Source: an uncultured bacterium (GTDB lineage: Bacteria; UBP7; UBA6624). From it: a stretch of 64,000 bases of DNA. The stretch covers positions 27,979 through 91,978 of the forward strand of contig CAXGSM010000001.1 in the NCBI GenBank assembly GCA_964012435.1. Direction: 5' to 3'. The notes below the pieces were generated by a model. The model was not told where the DNA came from and searched no databases. It worked only from the letters and a program-made list of their open reading frames with translations. Positions within the stretch are counted from its first letter, which is position 1, and each line of letters begins with the position of its first letter. The translations under genes and the position numbers were made by a program. Positions 27,478 through 36,580 of the stretch are shown one piece after another.

Positions 27478-28419
27478 TTAGTTTACTGGTAATTCAGTAG
27501 TTTCTTTCTCTGGAACCTCTCTAATCAACCTGAATCCAATAAGTACATGTTTTGTATTTTCATCCCATTCCCTAAAAAAAGCAGTTCGACAGGTTTCAGG
27601 AATTGAATTCCAAGAGCATCCTTTAGTGATTGTTTTTGAAATTATGTTTTTGTCATTTGTTTCTGACTCTGTTGCTGTCCACTCCATCACATTTCCCATT
27701 GCATCAAGCAATCCGTAAGGGTAGGGGCTTTTGTCTTTTTCATATTCTCCCACCTTGCTGGTGCCTTTGCTTCCTGAGTTCAAATAGCTTGAATCCCATT
27801 TGTTTCCCCAAGGGTATGTTCTTCCATCCTTTCCTCTTGTCGCTTTTTCCCATTCATTAGCTGTTGGCAATCGGTATTTACAGCCATCTTGAATCGAAAG
27901 CCATTCGGCATATTTTTCAGCATCCTTTTTGCTAACCAATACAACAGGATGATCTGCCATGCCTTCAGGATACCTGGTTCCATTCCATATGTATTTTTCA
28001 ATCAAGTCAAAAGTGAATCTAGGTGATACTGGAAAGTCAAAATACATTTTTTGTTTCTCCCATTCTTCTATTGTTATTGAAGGAGATCTGTGTCCAGTCC
28101 ATCTTACAAAAAGTCTAAATTCACTTTGAGTAACTAATTTTTTACTTATTTCAAATTTTGAAGTTTCTTTTTCATGAAGATCAGGCTCTCTTTCAAAAAT
28201 ATTTAGAATACCAGCAATTTCAGGATTAATTTTTTGCTTTTCTTCGATAGATGATCCTGATTTAAACTTTCCAGCTTCTATCTTTGTGTAGTTTTTGTCT
28301 ATTGTCGGACAAACAGGTTCCCTTTTTTCATAAGTGTCATCTGCAAAAATATTTAATGTAAAAGCAAATGAAAAGGCAAGAAGTGCGATTTTCTTTTTCA
28401 TATTAAAAAGATGATACAT
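27478..28419 (-). CDS. Secreted formylglycine-generating enzyme (FGE/SUMF1) family protein
   Basis: It has a signal peptide (MKKKIALLAFSFAFTLNIFA) and the motifs HPVVLVSKKDAEKYAEWLS, YRLPTANEWEKATRG, YPWGN, GNVMEWT and a terminal IGFRL. Confidence 0.75.
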   Translation of the reverse strand: MYHLFNMKKKIALLAFSFAFTLNIFADDTYEKREPVCPTIDKNYTKIEAGKFKSGSSIEEKQKINPEIAGILNIFEREPDLHEKETSKFEISKKLVTQSEFRLFVRWTGHRSPSITIEEWEKQKMYFDFPVSPRFTFDLIEKYIWNGTRYPEGMADHPVVLVSKKDAEKYAEWLSIQDGCKYRLPTANEWEKATRGKDGRTYPWGNKWDSSYLNSGSKGTSKVGEYEKDKSPYPYGLLDAMGNVMEWTATESETNDKNIISKTITKGCSWNSIPETCRTAFFREWDENTKHVLIGFRLIREVPEKETTELPVN

Positions 28420-28433
28420 TATTTTTTAATAAT

Positions 28434-29429
28434 TTATTCTGAAATGGCATCAAAGATTCCATCTTTAACAAGTCTGGAGAAAAGCATAACCAATTCTGAA
28501 TCAAGCTTTCCTGCTTGAGCCTCTTCTTGGAGTATCCTTATTGCAGTTTCTGGGCTCATTGATTTTTTGTAGCTTCTTGTTGTTGTTAAAGCGTCATATA
28601 TATCTGCAATAGCCATTATGCGTGATTCTTTAGTTATCTCATCTCCTTTTAATTTATCTGGATACCCAGATCCATCTAGTTTTTCATGGTGGTGAAGAAC
28701 TATGTCAACAACAGCTTTAAGCGATTTTAAGTCCTGAAGAATATCTGCACCTATAGATGGATGAAGAAGTATATGTTTCCATTCTTCTTCAGACAGTTTT
28801 CCTTCCTTGTTTAAAACTGCATCTGGTACAGCAATTTTTCCAAGATCGTGAAGAAGAGCTCCTCTTTTAAGGTTTCTTAAATCCCATTCTTCCAGCCCAG
28901 CAGCTTCCCCTAACTTCACTGCATATGTTGTGACTCTCTCCACATGTCCTTCTGTATACTTGTCTTTTGCTTCAATTATTTTTGCAGTCATTGCTATTAC
29001 TGCATCAACGCTTTCAAGTTCGTCCAGAAGGTTTTTGCCTCTTAGCAGGTTTCTAACTCTTGCCATGAGTAATGATTTGTTGAATGGTTTTGTTATAAAG
29101 TCATCAGCACCAAGTTCAATCCCTTTAACATTGCTGTCTATATCTGATAATGCTGTTAAAAGTATTATTGGAATAAGCTCTGTTTCTCTGTTTGATCTAA
29201 CATTTTCCAAAACTTGGAAGCCATCTATTTTTGGCATCATGACGTCTAAGAGAACTAAGTCTGGATGTTTTTTATCAATTTGCTCAAGAGCTTCTTCACC
29301 ATCTCTTGCCACCCTCACATCATGTCCTCTGCTTACTAGCAAAGCCTCTAAAACTCTTACATTCATTTCATTGTCATCAACAACAAGAATATCCGCTTTC
29401 GGCATTGGCATATTTATCATTCTAATCAT
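28434..29429 (-). CDS. Response regulator with HD-GYP phosphodiesterase output domain
   Basis: The receiver has ILVVDDN, LVLLDVMMP and ITKPF. The HD-GYP domain has HDLGK and HHHEKLDGSGYP. The start is ambiguous, with four in-frame ATGs between 29405 and 29429. Confidence 0.85.
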   Translation of the reverse strand: MIRMINMPMPKADILVVDDNEMNVRVLEALLVSRGHDVRVARDGEEALEQIDKKHPDLVLLDVMMPKIDGFQVLENVRSNRETELIPIILLTALSDIDSNVKGIELGADDFITKPFNKSLLMARVRNLLRGKNLLDELESVDAVIAMTAKIIEAKDKYTEGHVERVTTYAVKLGEAAGLEEWDLRNLKRGALLHDLGKIAVPDAVLNKEGKLSEEEWKHILLHPSIGADILQDLKSLKAVVDIVLHHHEKLDGSGYPDKLKGDEITKESRIMAIADIYDALTTTRSYKKSMSPETAIRILQEEAQAGKLDSELVMLFSRLVKDGIFDAISE

Positions 29430-29450
29430 TGGATTAGGATAAGCGTAAGC

Positions 29451-31301
29451 ATGTCAATAAGAGCACGTTTATTATTACTTTTCCCTTTGCTGTTTGTTTT
29501 GGTTATAGGTATATCTGGAAGTATAACTTTGAAAAAAATAAATGACAATATAGCTCGTTCTCAAGAAACAACAATTAATTCTCAAACACTTTTGCTTAAA
29601 AGATTTTTTAGAAATTATGGATCCAAAACAAAAGATTCTTCTGCCTCCATAGCTGCTGATATGGGTCAGGCCGAGGAACCTTTAGAGAGATGGGGAAGGC
29701 TGAGCACTAAAACTGTAAAAGAAAATTTTGACTTAGTAGTTTTTCATGATCTTCCAAACAACACCTTCGCCTCTTGGGAAAAAAATGATTGGTTAGGTTT
29801 TGAAAAAGAGGATAAAACTTTTATATCAAACCTTTCAGAGCAGCCTGTTTATGGTTGGGATTATTTTATGTTAGGCGATGAGCCAGTGGCAGTAGGCTAT
29901 GCTCCTGTTTTTGACATCCCTAGTGGTGTATCCCAAAACGATTATGAAGCATGGCTTGAAGGTGATTTAAATGAATTAAAACTGGAAAGAATAGGTACTT
30001 TGGTTTTGGGTGTAAGAGTTAAGAGCACCATGATTCCGGAAGCTTTTAAGTACCTGACTGTCGAAGACATTCTTTACTTTAATAAAAATGAAACACCAAC
30101 ATCTTTTAAATCTTTTGAGGTAGAGCAGGTTATAGGAGAGGGTCCTGGCTCGGTTTCAAATTTTATTCAAGAAGAAATTGTTGAAAATGGCAAATGGGCA
30201 ATAACTTATGACCAACCTTATGCAGTGCAAGGTTTTCCTTTGGTTGGGCCAAACAGTGGTGATGGGAAGGGTGCAGTTGTTATTGTGAGCAACATGTCTC
30301 AAGATATATCCATAGGCGAGGAATTGTTTGCAGGCATGCAGATGCTTCTCGTTATTACTGTTTTAATAGCTGTAATAATCGCGATAATATTAGGAAGATC
30401 AATATCTAGACCCATTAGGGTTTTGGCAGATGCTGTAGAAGACATGGAGCCAGGAAAAGATATGAACATCTCTATAAGCAATAAGGCAAAAGATGAAATA
30501 TCAATATTAGGTCGTTCTGTTTTTTCAATGCATAAAAGAATAGAAAACCAGGTTAACGAACTTGAAACATTAAATGAGCAAGTTTCATCTGCTTATGAAT
30601 CAAAATCTAGGTTTTTATCAACAATGAGCCATGAGTTGAGAACTCCTTTGAATGCAATAATAAATTTTTCAGAAATATTAAAAGAAAAAAGTTTCGGACC
30701 GCTCAAAGAAAGGCAAGAGGAATTTATTGAGAATATTAATGAAAGTGCAAACCATTTGTTGGCATTGATTAATGATATCTTAGACCTTTCAAGGTCTGAA
30801 GTTGGAAAGACTAAATCAAATCCGGAAAAAATGCAAATAAGAGAAGTTTTAGAAAGCGTATTAAAAGAGCTTGAGGTTATAGCAGATAAACAAAAAATAA
30901 TAATATCTTCAGAAATTGAAGGACCAGGTGAATTGTGGTGTGACCCCAGGCATGCAAGGCAAATATTAACAAATTTGATAGGCAATTCAATTAAATACAA
31001 TAAAGAGGAAGGAAGTGTAGATATTAAAATTTACCCCAATGAGGATCCTAGATTTATGACTGTTAGCGTGCGTGATACTGGTTTAGGGATACCCGAAGAG
31101 GAACAGGCATCTATCTTTGAAGCTTTCACCAGAGCAAAATCTACTGATAGGTCAGCTATATCTGGAACAGGCTTAGGTTTGGCTCTTGTTAAACAGTTAG
31201 CAGGATTGAATCAGGGTGATGTTTATCTAACTTCTTCTTCTGATGATGGAACTGAGTTTCATCTAATACTTCCTGTTTTAGATATTAAAAAAAGTAGGTG
31301 A
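29451..31301 (+). CDS. Sensor histidine kinase with a large extracytoplasmic domain
   Basis: Two TM helices flank a sensor region of about 270 aa. It has a HAMP-like segment, H-box SHELRTPLN, N-box NLIGNSIKYN and G-boxes DTGLGI and GTGLGL. Confidence 0.85.
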   Translation: MSIRARLLLLFPLLFVLVIGISGSITLKKINDNIARSQETTINSQTLLLKRFFRNYGSKTKDSSASIAADMGQAEEPLERWGRLSTKTVKENFDLVVFHDLPNNTFASWEKNDWLGFEKEDKTFISNLSEQPVYGWDYFMLGDEPVAVGYAPVFDIPSGVSQNDYEAWLEGDLNELKLERIGTLVLGVRVKSTMIPEAFKYLTVEDILYFNKNETPTSFKSFEVEQVIGEGPGSVSNFIQEEIVENGKWAITYDQPYAVQGFPLVGPNSGDGKGAVVIVSNMSQDISIGEELFAGMQMLLVITVLIAVIIAIILGRSISRPIRVLADAVEDMEPGKDMNISISNKAKDEISILGRSVFSMHKRIENQVNELETLNEQVSSAYESKSRFLSTMSHELRTPLNAIINFSEILKEKSFGPLKERQEEFIENINESANHLLALINDILDLSRSEVGKTKSNPEKMQIREVLESVLKELEVIADKQKIIISSEIEGPGELWCDPRHARQILTNLIGNSIKYNKEEGSVDIKIYPNEDPRFMTVSVRDTGLGIPEEEQASIFEAFTRAKSTDRSAISGTGLGLALVKQLAGLNQGDVYLTSSSDDGTEFHLILPVLDIKKSR

Positions 31302-31307
31302 AAACAC

Positions 31308-31496
31308 ATGAAAGATCATGATGAAATTTTTGCAAAAATATTAAAGAAAATTGATCAGAGGTTTATGTCCGGAGATTTAAATAATATTGAATCAGCCTTG
31401 CATCTTTTACTTCATAATGTTAGAGATGTTCCTGACAGGCCATGGAAAAATATAGTAAATTTTTTGGAATCTGAATACCTCTCTGATGAAGATTAG
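31308..31496 (+). CDS. Hypothetical small protein
   Basis: The 62-aa ORF starts 7 nt after the kinase stop and overlaps the next gene by 11 nt. I recognise no motif. Confidence 0.3.
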   Translation: MKDHDEIFAKILKKIDQRFMSGDLNNIESALHLLLHNVRDVPDRPWKNIVNFLESEYLSDED

Positions 31497-32634
31497 TTTT
31501 TTTATAGTATTGATTTTTTCTTTTTCGGCTTTTAAGACAGTAGCCATTAACCCTTGTGATTTAAAGATTGATCCAGTGGATATTTTAGTCTTTTTCAATC
31601 AAGAGCAAAGCTTTAGCGCAAGGGAGGAATTGTGGAAAAAATTTCGTTATGGAAATCAAGATTACAAAGGTTCTGCAGAGCAGAACTACAGACTTTCCAG
31701 ATCTCTTTTAGGTAATATTGAGTATTTGAATTTCGAAAAACCTGATTCTGTTGTTGAGTTTTTAGATCTTTTGGGTATCGATTCAAGTTTTTCAAATCGC
31801 TCAAAATTGTATTCATTTTATGTAAAAAAACGTGATTTATACAGGGGTGAAAAGAGTCAAAATCAAGACATTATTGATGAAGTTATAAAAGCTATTTATG
31901 AAATTAGAGCGATAGAGGAAAATGTGGAGGTTAAACCCTATAAGCAAGGTGTCATCTTGCCGGAAGAAAACTCATTGCTTGAAACTCTCTGGAAGCGAAA
32001 TTTTAAAAATCAATCATGGAAAAAAGAAGATCCCGAACAGAAAAAACAACTTGAAACATTGCTTAAAACGAGACTTGTAAATGAAAATTTTGATTTTTCA
32101 AAACTAAAAGACATAATGCTTTATCTGGGTTTTGTTGAGAATATTCAAAATAAAGATATTCTCTGGAGAGAAATGAGAAGATATTATCCTATTTATAGAA
32201 ATAAAAATTACAGGAAAAGTACTAAAAATGACAACCTGCTATCAGGATGGCTGAAAGAGAGGTATATGATCGGGCAAAACTCCACATTTTTTATTGAGGT
32301 TTTAATGACTGCATATAACCCTTTAGTTGAACAAACTGATTCAACCCCTTTTGAGGCTGCATCAGGAAAAATTGTTCGAGAGGGTTATGTTGCCGTTAGC
32401 AAGGATCTTGAATCAAGGTTTCCTTTAGGTTCATTTATTGAGATTGTGATTGTTTGTGAAATTAATCAAAAGGGTGACTGTCTCAATTCAGAATCAGAAC
32501 AAATAGGTGATTTTTTTCGTTTGAAAATTGAGGACAGAATGCATCCTAGGAAAAAGAATCAAATTGATATTTTTTTCATGTGCAAAGAGGATGCAATTGA
32601 TTTTGGCAGAAGAAAAGCTTTATTGCTTTTTTGA
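31486..32634 (+). CDS. Secreted 3D (Asp-Asp-Asp) domain protein, probable cell-wall-binding or lytic factor
   Basis: It has a signal peptide (MKISFFIVLIFSFSAF). The C-terminal part reads TAYNPLVEQTDSTPFEAASGKIVREGYVAVSKDL...PLGSFIEI, matching the 3D domain pattern TAY.p...qTDstP..tAsG......G.vAvd...lP.Gt. Confidence 0.55.
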   Translation: MKISFFIVLIFSFSAFKTVAINPCDLKIDPVDILVFFNQEQSFSAREELWKKFRYGNQDYKGSAEQNYRLSRSLLGNIEYLNFEKPDSVVEFLDLLGIDSSFSNRSKLYSFYVKKRDLYRGEKSQNQDIIDEVIKAIYEIRAIEENVEVKPYKQGVILPEENSLLETLWKRNFKNQSWKKEDPEQKKQLETLLKTRLVNENFDFSKLKDIMLYLGFVENIQNKDILWREMRRYYPIYRNKNYRKSTKNDNLLSGWLKERYMIGQNSTFFIEVLMTAYNPLVEQTDSTPFEAASGKIVREGYVAVSKDLESRFPLGSFIEIVIVCEINQKGDCLNSESEQIGDFFRLKIEDRMHPRKKNQIDIFFMCKEDAIDFGRRKALLLF

Positions 32635-32637
32635 GAC

Positions 32638-33630
32638 TCAACTCTTTCCAACATCATTTTTAAGGTGTTTCTCATTGAGTAATTGGCAAATTGCATAGTC
32701 TTTCGCTTTAACCTCACATTCCCACTTTATTTCACGATGTGCATCTGGCGGAAAATAATTAGTGCTAAAGTAGTCACGATGAGAACGAGGTTTGTCTTTT
32801 TTCCCTTGTGACCAGTGGAATACTGGGTCTATGTTTTTAGGCCATGTTTCTAAGCATAAATTCATATTTTTTTCTAGGCTGTTACCACAGGTGTTGTTAC
32901 ATTCATCATGTAAATTGTCATAACAAACAGGCACGCTTACGTTATATGTGTTTTTTATGTATTGGTGAAATATTAAAATATGTTTCACGCTAAAGAAACC
33001 CTTATCTTCATTCTCTATAGTAAGGCGATTACGAATCGAGCTTGAGCACTTCTTGAAGCCTTTGTAAAATCTTTCACCTAGTTCTTTTATCTGCTTTTCA
33101 AGATTTGCCTTTTTGTCGTTGGGGCTAGCATTTATATGGATATTAATAGGGCAAGTGTAATCTTTTGGCATGCCCATCATATCGATAATGCTTGCTTGAA
33201 AATCAAGCTCTTTAACGGTTTTGGAAACTGATTTTTTATTATTTGATGCAAGGACATTAAATTGATCAGGGTGGCTGCCAATGCTTATGGGTGATTTTTT
33301 AATCTGTGCCCCTAGGCATATAAGCTGTTTTTTAATGCCTGATGCATTGTCTAGCGCATTAAACGATAAATTAAGTGTAGGGTCTGTTAGTAATGGAAAG
33401 CCTGCACAGGTAAGGCGATAATGAGCAATGCCTTTTTTTTCACAATGCTTGATTATCAATGAGGTAACTTCTATGTTTTTTGAAATCCTTTTTGACAATT
33501 CTTTGATTGCATAGTTGCGATTATGCATCATTGTTAAATCGTTGAATCTTTTACGAGTCATGGTGCGAAATGAATTTTCTTTATCAACGCTCTTAAGCTG
33601 TTCTGATATGCAAACTAAACCTAATTTCAC
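32638..33630 (-). CDS. uvsE: UV DNA damage endonuclease (UVDE/UvsE)
   Basis: The motifs are collinear with UVDE as I recall it from Thermus and Bacillus: MKLGLVCIS, HYRL...FP, GSHPDQF, INIHINA, TIENED, VCYDNLHD, FHWSQ...PRSHRDY and CEVKAKD. Confidence 0.8.
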   Translation of the reverse strand: MKLGLVCISEQLKSVDKENSFRTMTRKRFNDLTMMHNRNYAIKELSKRISKNIEVTSLIIKHCEKKGIAHYRLTCAGFPLLTDPTLNLSFNALDNASGIKKQLICLGAQIKKSPISIGSHPDQFNVLASNNKKSVSKTVKELDFQASIIDMMGMPKDYTCPINIHINASPNDKKANLEKQIKELGERFYKGFKKCSSSIRNRLTIENEDKGFFSVKHILIFHQYIKNTYNVSVPVCYDNLHDECNNTCGNSLEKNMNLCLETWPKNIDPVFHWSQGKKDKPRSHRDYFSTNYFPPDAHREIKWECEVKAKDYAICQLLNEKHLKNDVGKS

Positions 33631-33636
33631 AGAATT

Positions 33637-34086
33637 TTATTCTTTCAGAAAATCTAGATTTCTTTCTTCTTTTTCTATTGATAAAACTATGCTTGTATTT
33701 GTGCTTTCGATATTTTTATCATTAAGCAATTCTTTTATCTTGTTGTTCATGGTTTCTCTATTTCTGAATTTTCCCATTGTAGCAATGTCATACTCTCCGG
33801 TTATCTCATAAACAAACTCAAGAGACCTGTCTTCCTTCAAGGATTTAACAATTCTCCTGATATGCGGACCATTTGCTTTTATTAGAAAAAGAGCAATAAG
33901 GTCGAATCCTAATTTTTCTAAATTTATATCAGCTTTATATCCTTTTATGACATTTTCTCTTTCCATTTCTTTTATTGCTTTTTGAACACTCGATATTGAA
34001 AGTCCCACTTTTTTACCAATTTCTGCATAGGAAGCTTTACCGTCTGTTTGAAGTATGGATAGTATTTTTAAGTGTGTTTTTTTCAT
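33637..34086 (-). CDS. Lrp/AsnC family transcriptional regulator
   Basis: It has an N-terminal wHTH (ILSILQTDGKASYAEIGKKVGLSISSVQKAIKEMERENVIKGY) and a C-terminal RAM-like domain. The length is 149 aa. Confidence 0.8.
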   Translation of the reverse strand: MKKTHLKILSILQTDGKASYAEIGKKVGLSISSVQKAIKEMERENVIKGYKADINLEKLGFDLIALFLIKANGPHIRRIVKSLKEDRSLEFVYEITGEYDIATMGKFRNRETMNNKIKELLNDKNIESTNTSIVLSIEKEERNLDFLKE

Positions 34087-35039
34087 AAATAACGATCATC
34101 CAATTCTCTTGGTTTTAGATTTAAAGAGACTTTTATCTCGCCAACGCCATAGCGAAATATCAATAATTCAATAGTATCTGGGTAATCAAGACTATCAACA
34201 ATTTCAAAAGCTTTGCTTTTTGAGTCAATTGCGTATCCGTTTATCTTAAGAATAATGTCATTTTTACTAATTAGGTTTTTTGTTGACTGAGACATGTTTG
34301 TAATTTTTAGAATTTTTTTCATTGAGGAAGCGTCTTGATTGATGTAATCTTCCTTAACTTCTAATCCAATCATTGGATGAATTGCTTTATTTTTTAAAAT
34401 TTTTTCGCTCCAATAGATGATTTTGTCTATAGGGATTGCAAAATTTATGTTTTCAACTTCTCCAGCAAGCTTCCCTGAAGTCATACCTATCAAGCGTCCT
34501 TCACTATCAAACATTGGACCTCCTGAATTTCCAGGGTTTGTAGCTACGTCAGTTTGTATCAATCCCCATTTAAGATAGTTTTTTGTGTCCAGAAATCTAT
34601 CTACTGCACTGATTATTCCTTTTGAAACAGAGGATGACAAGCCAAAAGGGTTTCCTATAGCCATAACCTCTTCACCAGGCAATAGTTTTTTATTTTCAAG
34701 ATTTCTGAACTCCAGTGGTTTTTTCCAAAATTGAATTGGTATTTTTAATATTGCAATATCTAGAATTGGATCACTGCCTATCAGCTCTGCGGAAAAGACA
34801 GTTCCTTCTTCTGATGAGATGATTATTTGATCTGAGTTTGCAACAATATGATGATTGGTTATTATTGAACCTTCCATTTGAAACATGAAACCAGAGCCTT
34901 CAGAGTGATTATTCGTCCATAAATTGTCATTATTTTTTTTTAAAGAAACAATATGTACAACTGTTTTTTCTGCTTTTTGAACAAGTTCAGTCCATTTATT
35001 TTCTAAATTTAAAGCGAGTATCAAAATCATTTGAAGCAT
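34083..35039 (-). CDS. Trypsin-like serine protease with PDZ domain (HtrA/DegP family)
   Basis: It has TNHHIV (His), DIAILKI (Asp), TNPGNSGGPMFD (Ser) and a C-terminal PDZ-like segment. I take the start at internal Met 35039, or 35030, to avoid overlap with the divergent mutase gene. The track ORF extends to 35180. Confidence 0.7.
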   Translation of the reverse strand: MLQMILILALNLENKWTELVQKAEKTVVHIVSLKKNNDNLWTNNHSEGSGFMFQMEGSIITNHHIVANSDQIIISSEEGTVFSAELIGSDPILDIAILKIPIQFWKKPLEFRNLENKKLLPGEEVMAIGNPFGLSSSVSKGIISAVDRFLDTKNYLKWGLIQTDVATNPGNSGGPMFDSEGRLIGMTSGKLAGEVENINFAIPIDKIIYWSEKILKNKAIHPMIGLEVKEDYINQDASSMKKILKITNMSQSTKNLISKNDIILKINGYAIDSKSKAFEIVDSLDYPDTIELLIFRYGVGEIKVSLNLKPRELDDRYL

Positions 35040-35070
35040 ATATAAATTGTACAAAGGATAGGATATTGGC

Positions 35071-36570
35071 ATGCGTGAAAACATGTCTGAACCGGGATCT
35101 CCACCTTTTGTTAGGGGAATATACAAAGATATGTATAAAAAAAGACCATGGACAATGAGGCAGTATTCGGGCTTTAGCACTGCGAAAGAGACAAATAAAA
35201 GATTTAAAAATCTATTAAAAAATGGTCAAACTGGATTGTCTGTTGCTTTTGATTTGCCTACACAGATGGGCCTTGATAGCGACAATGTTTTATCAATTGG
35301 AGAAGTAGGGCGGGCTGGTGTTGCAATAGACACAATTGATGATATGAGGATATTGCTGAATGGTATACCTTTAGACAAAGTAAGTATATCCATGACAATC
35401 AACTCTCCTGCTTCAATAATATGGGCAATGTTGCTTGTTGTGGCTGAAGAGCAAAATGTTTCTTGGGAAGAAGTAAGGGGAACTATACAGAATGATATAT
35501 TGAAAGAATATGTTGCTAGAGGTACATATATTTTTCCACCAGAACCCAGCATGAAATTAACAAAAGATACTTTTGAGATGGTTGAAAATGTTCCAAATTT
35601 CAACCCTATTAGCATTTCGGGATACCACATAAGAGAGGCGGGAGCTAGTGCTGCTCTCGAGCTAGGTATAACATTTGCTCATGCTATTGCTTATTTAGAG
35701 ATTGCAAAAGATACAAATTTAAATTTTGAAAAAGTTGTCAAAAGGTTTTCTTTCTTTTTTGGGTGCCATAATGACATTTTCGAAGAGGTAGCAAAATTCA
35801 GAGCAGCAAGGTGGATTTGGAATGATATTCTTGAAAGTTATGGTGTAGATAACCTGAATGCAAGAAAATTAAGATTCCACACTCAAACCTGCGGTTCAAC
35901 ATTAACAAGAAATCAACCTTTGCTAAATGTTGCAAGAGTTGCATTGCAGGCTTTGGCAGCAACACTAGGAGGCACTCAGTCATTGCATACGAATGCATAT
36001 GACGAAGCAATTGGCCTGCCAACCGAAGAATCTGCACTTATCGCCTTGAGAACTCAGCAGATCCTTTATCATGAAAGCGGGCTTTCAAGAGAGGTCGATC
36101 CATTTGGAGGTTCTAAATTTATCGAAGATGAAACTTGCAGAATAAGGAAAGAAGCAAATCAGATTATTGACTTGGTAAAAAAGTCTGGTGGAGCAATTAA
36201 ATCTGTTGAGAATGGCTTGACTTCATCTTTGATACATGAAGCAAGTCATAAATATCAAAAAGAAATCGAAAATAAAGAAAGATTAATAATTGGAGTAAAT
36301 TCTTTTGAAGAAAATTCGTCAAAGATCCCAGACCCTCAGTTGATACCAGAAAAAACTAGAGAAAATCAGATAAAAAAATTAAATGATGCAAAGAGTTCAA
36401 GGGATAAGGATGTTGTCAAAGAAGCTTTAGGGAAACTATCAAAAGCTCAAAGGAGTAACGAGAACCTAATGCCTTCTATACTGAATGCTGTTAAACAAAA
36501 GTGCACGATTGGTGAAATTTGTGCTGAACTTGGTCGACTTTGGGGAACACATTCGCAAATATCATCATAA
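35071..36570 (+). CDS. Methylmalonyl-CoA mutase family protein, catalytic (substrate-binding) domain only
   Basis: It has PPFVRGIY...RPWTMRQYSGFSTAKETNKRFK, GQTGLSVAFDLPTQMG, RFHTQTCGSTLT and QSLHTNAYDEA. At 499 aa it lacks the C-terminal B12-binding domain. Confidence 0.85.
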   Translation: MRENMSEPGSPPFVRGIYKDMYKKRPWTMRQYSGFSTAKETNKRFKNLLKNGQTGLSVAFDLPTQMGLDSDNVLSIGEVGRAGVAIDTIDDMRILLNGIPLDKVSISMTINSPASIIWAMLLVVAEEQNVSWEEVRGTIQNDILKEYVARGTYIFPPEPSMKLTKDTFEMVENVPNFNPISISGYHIREAGASAALELGITFAHAIAYLEIAKDTNLNFEKVVKRFSFFFGCHNDIFEEVAKFRAARWIWNDILESYGVDNLNARKLRFHTQTCGSTLTRNQPLLNVARVALQALAATLGGTQSLHTNAYDEAIGLPTEESALIALRTQQILYHESGLSREVDPFGGSKFIEDETCRIRKEANQIIDLVKKSGGAIKSVENGLTSSLIHEASHKYQKEIENKERLIIGVNSFEENSSKIPDPQLIPEKTRENQIKKLNDAKSSRDKDVVKEALGKLSKAQRSNENLMPSILNAVKQKCTIGEICAELGRLWGTHSQISS

Positions 36571-36580
36571 AATCTACCTT

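Noticed and set aside
27478-28419. FGE/C-type-lectin-fold protein as the variable target of a diversity-generating retroelement
   Set aside because: DGR targets often have this fold with a C-terminal variable region. However, I see no reverse transcriptase ORF (no YxDD-type protein) and no template repeat matching the 3' end of the gene anywhere in the window.
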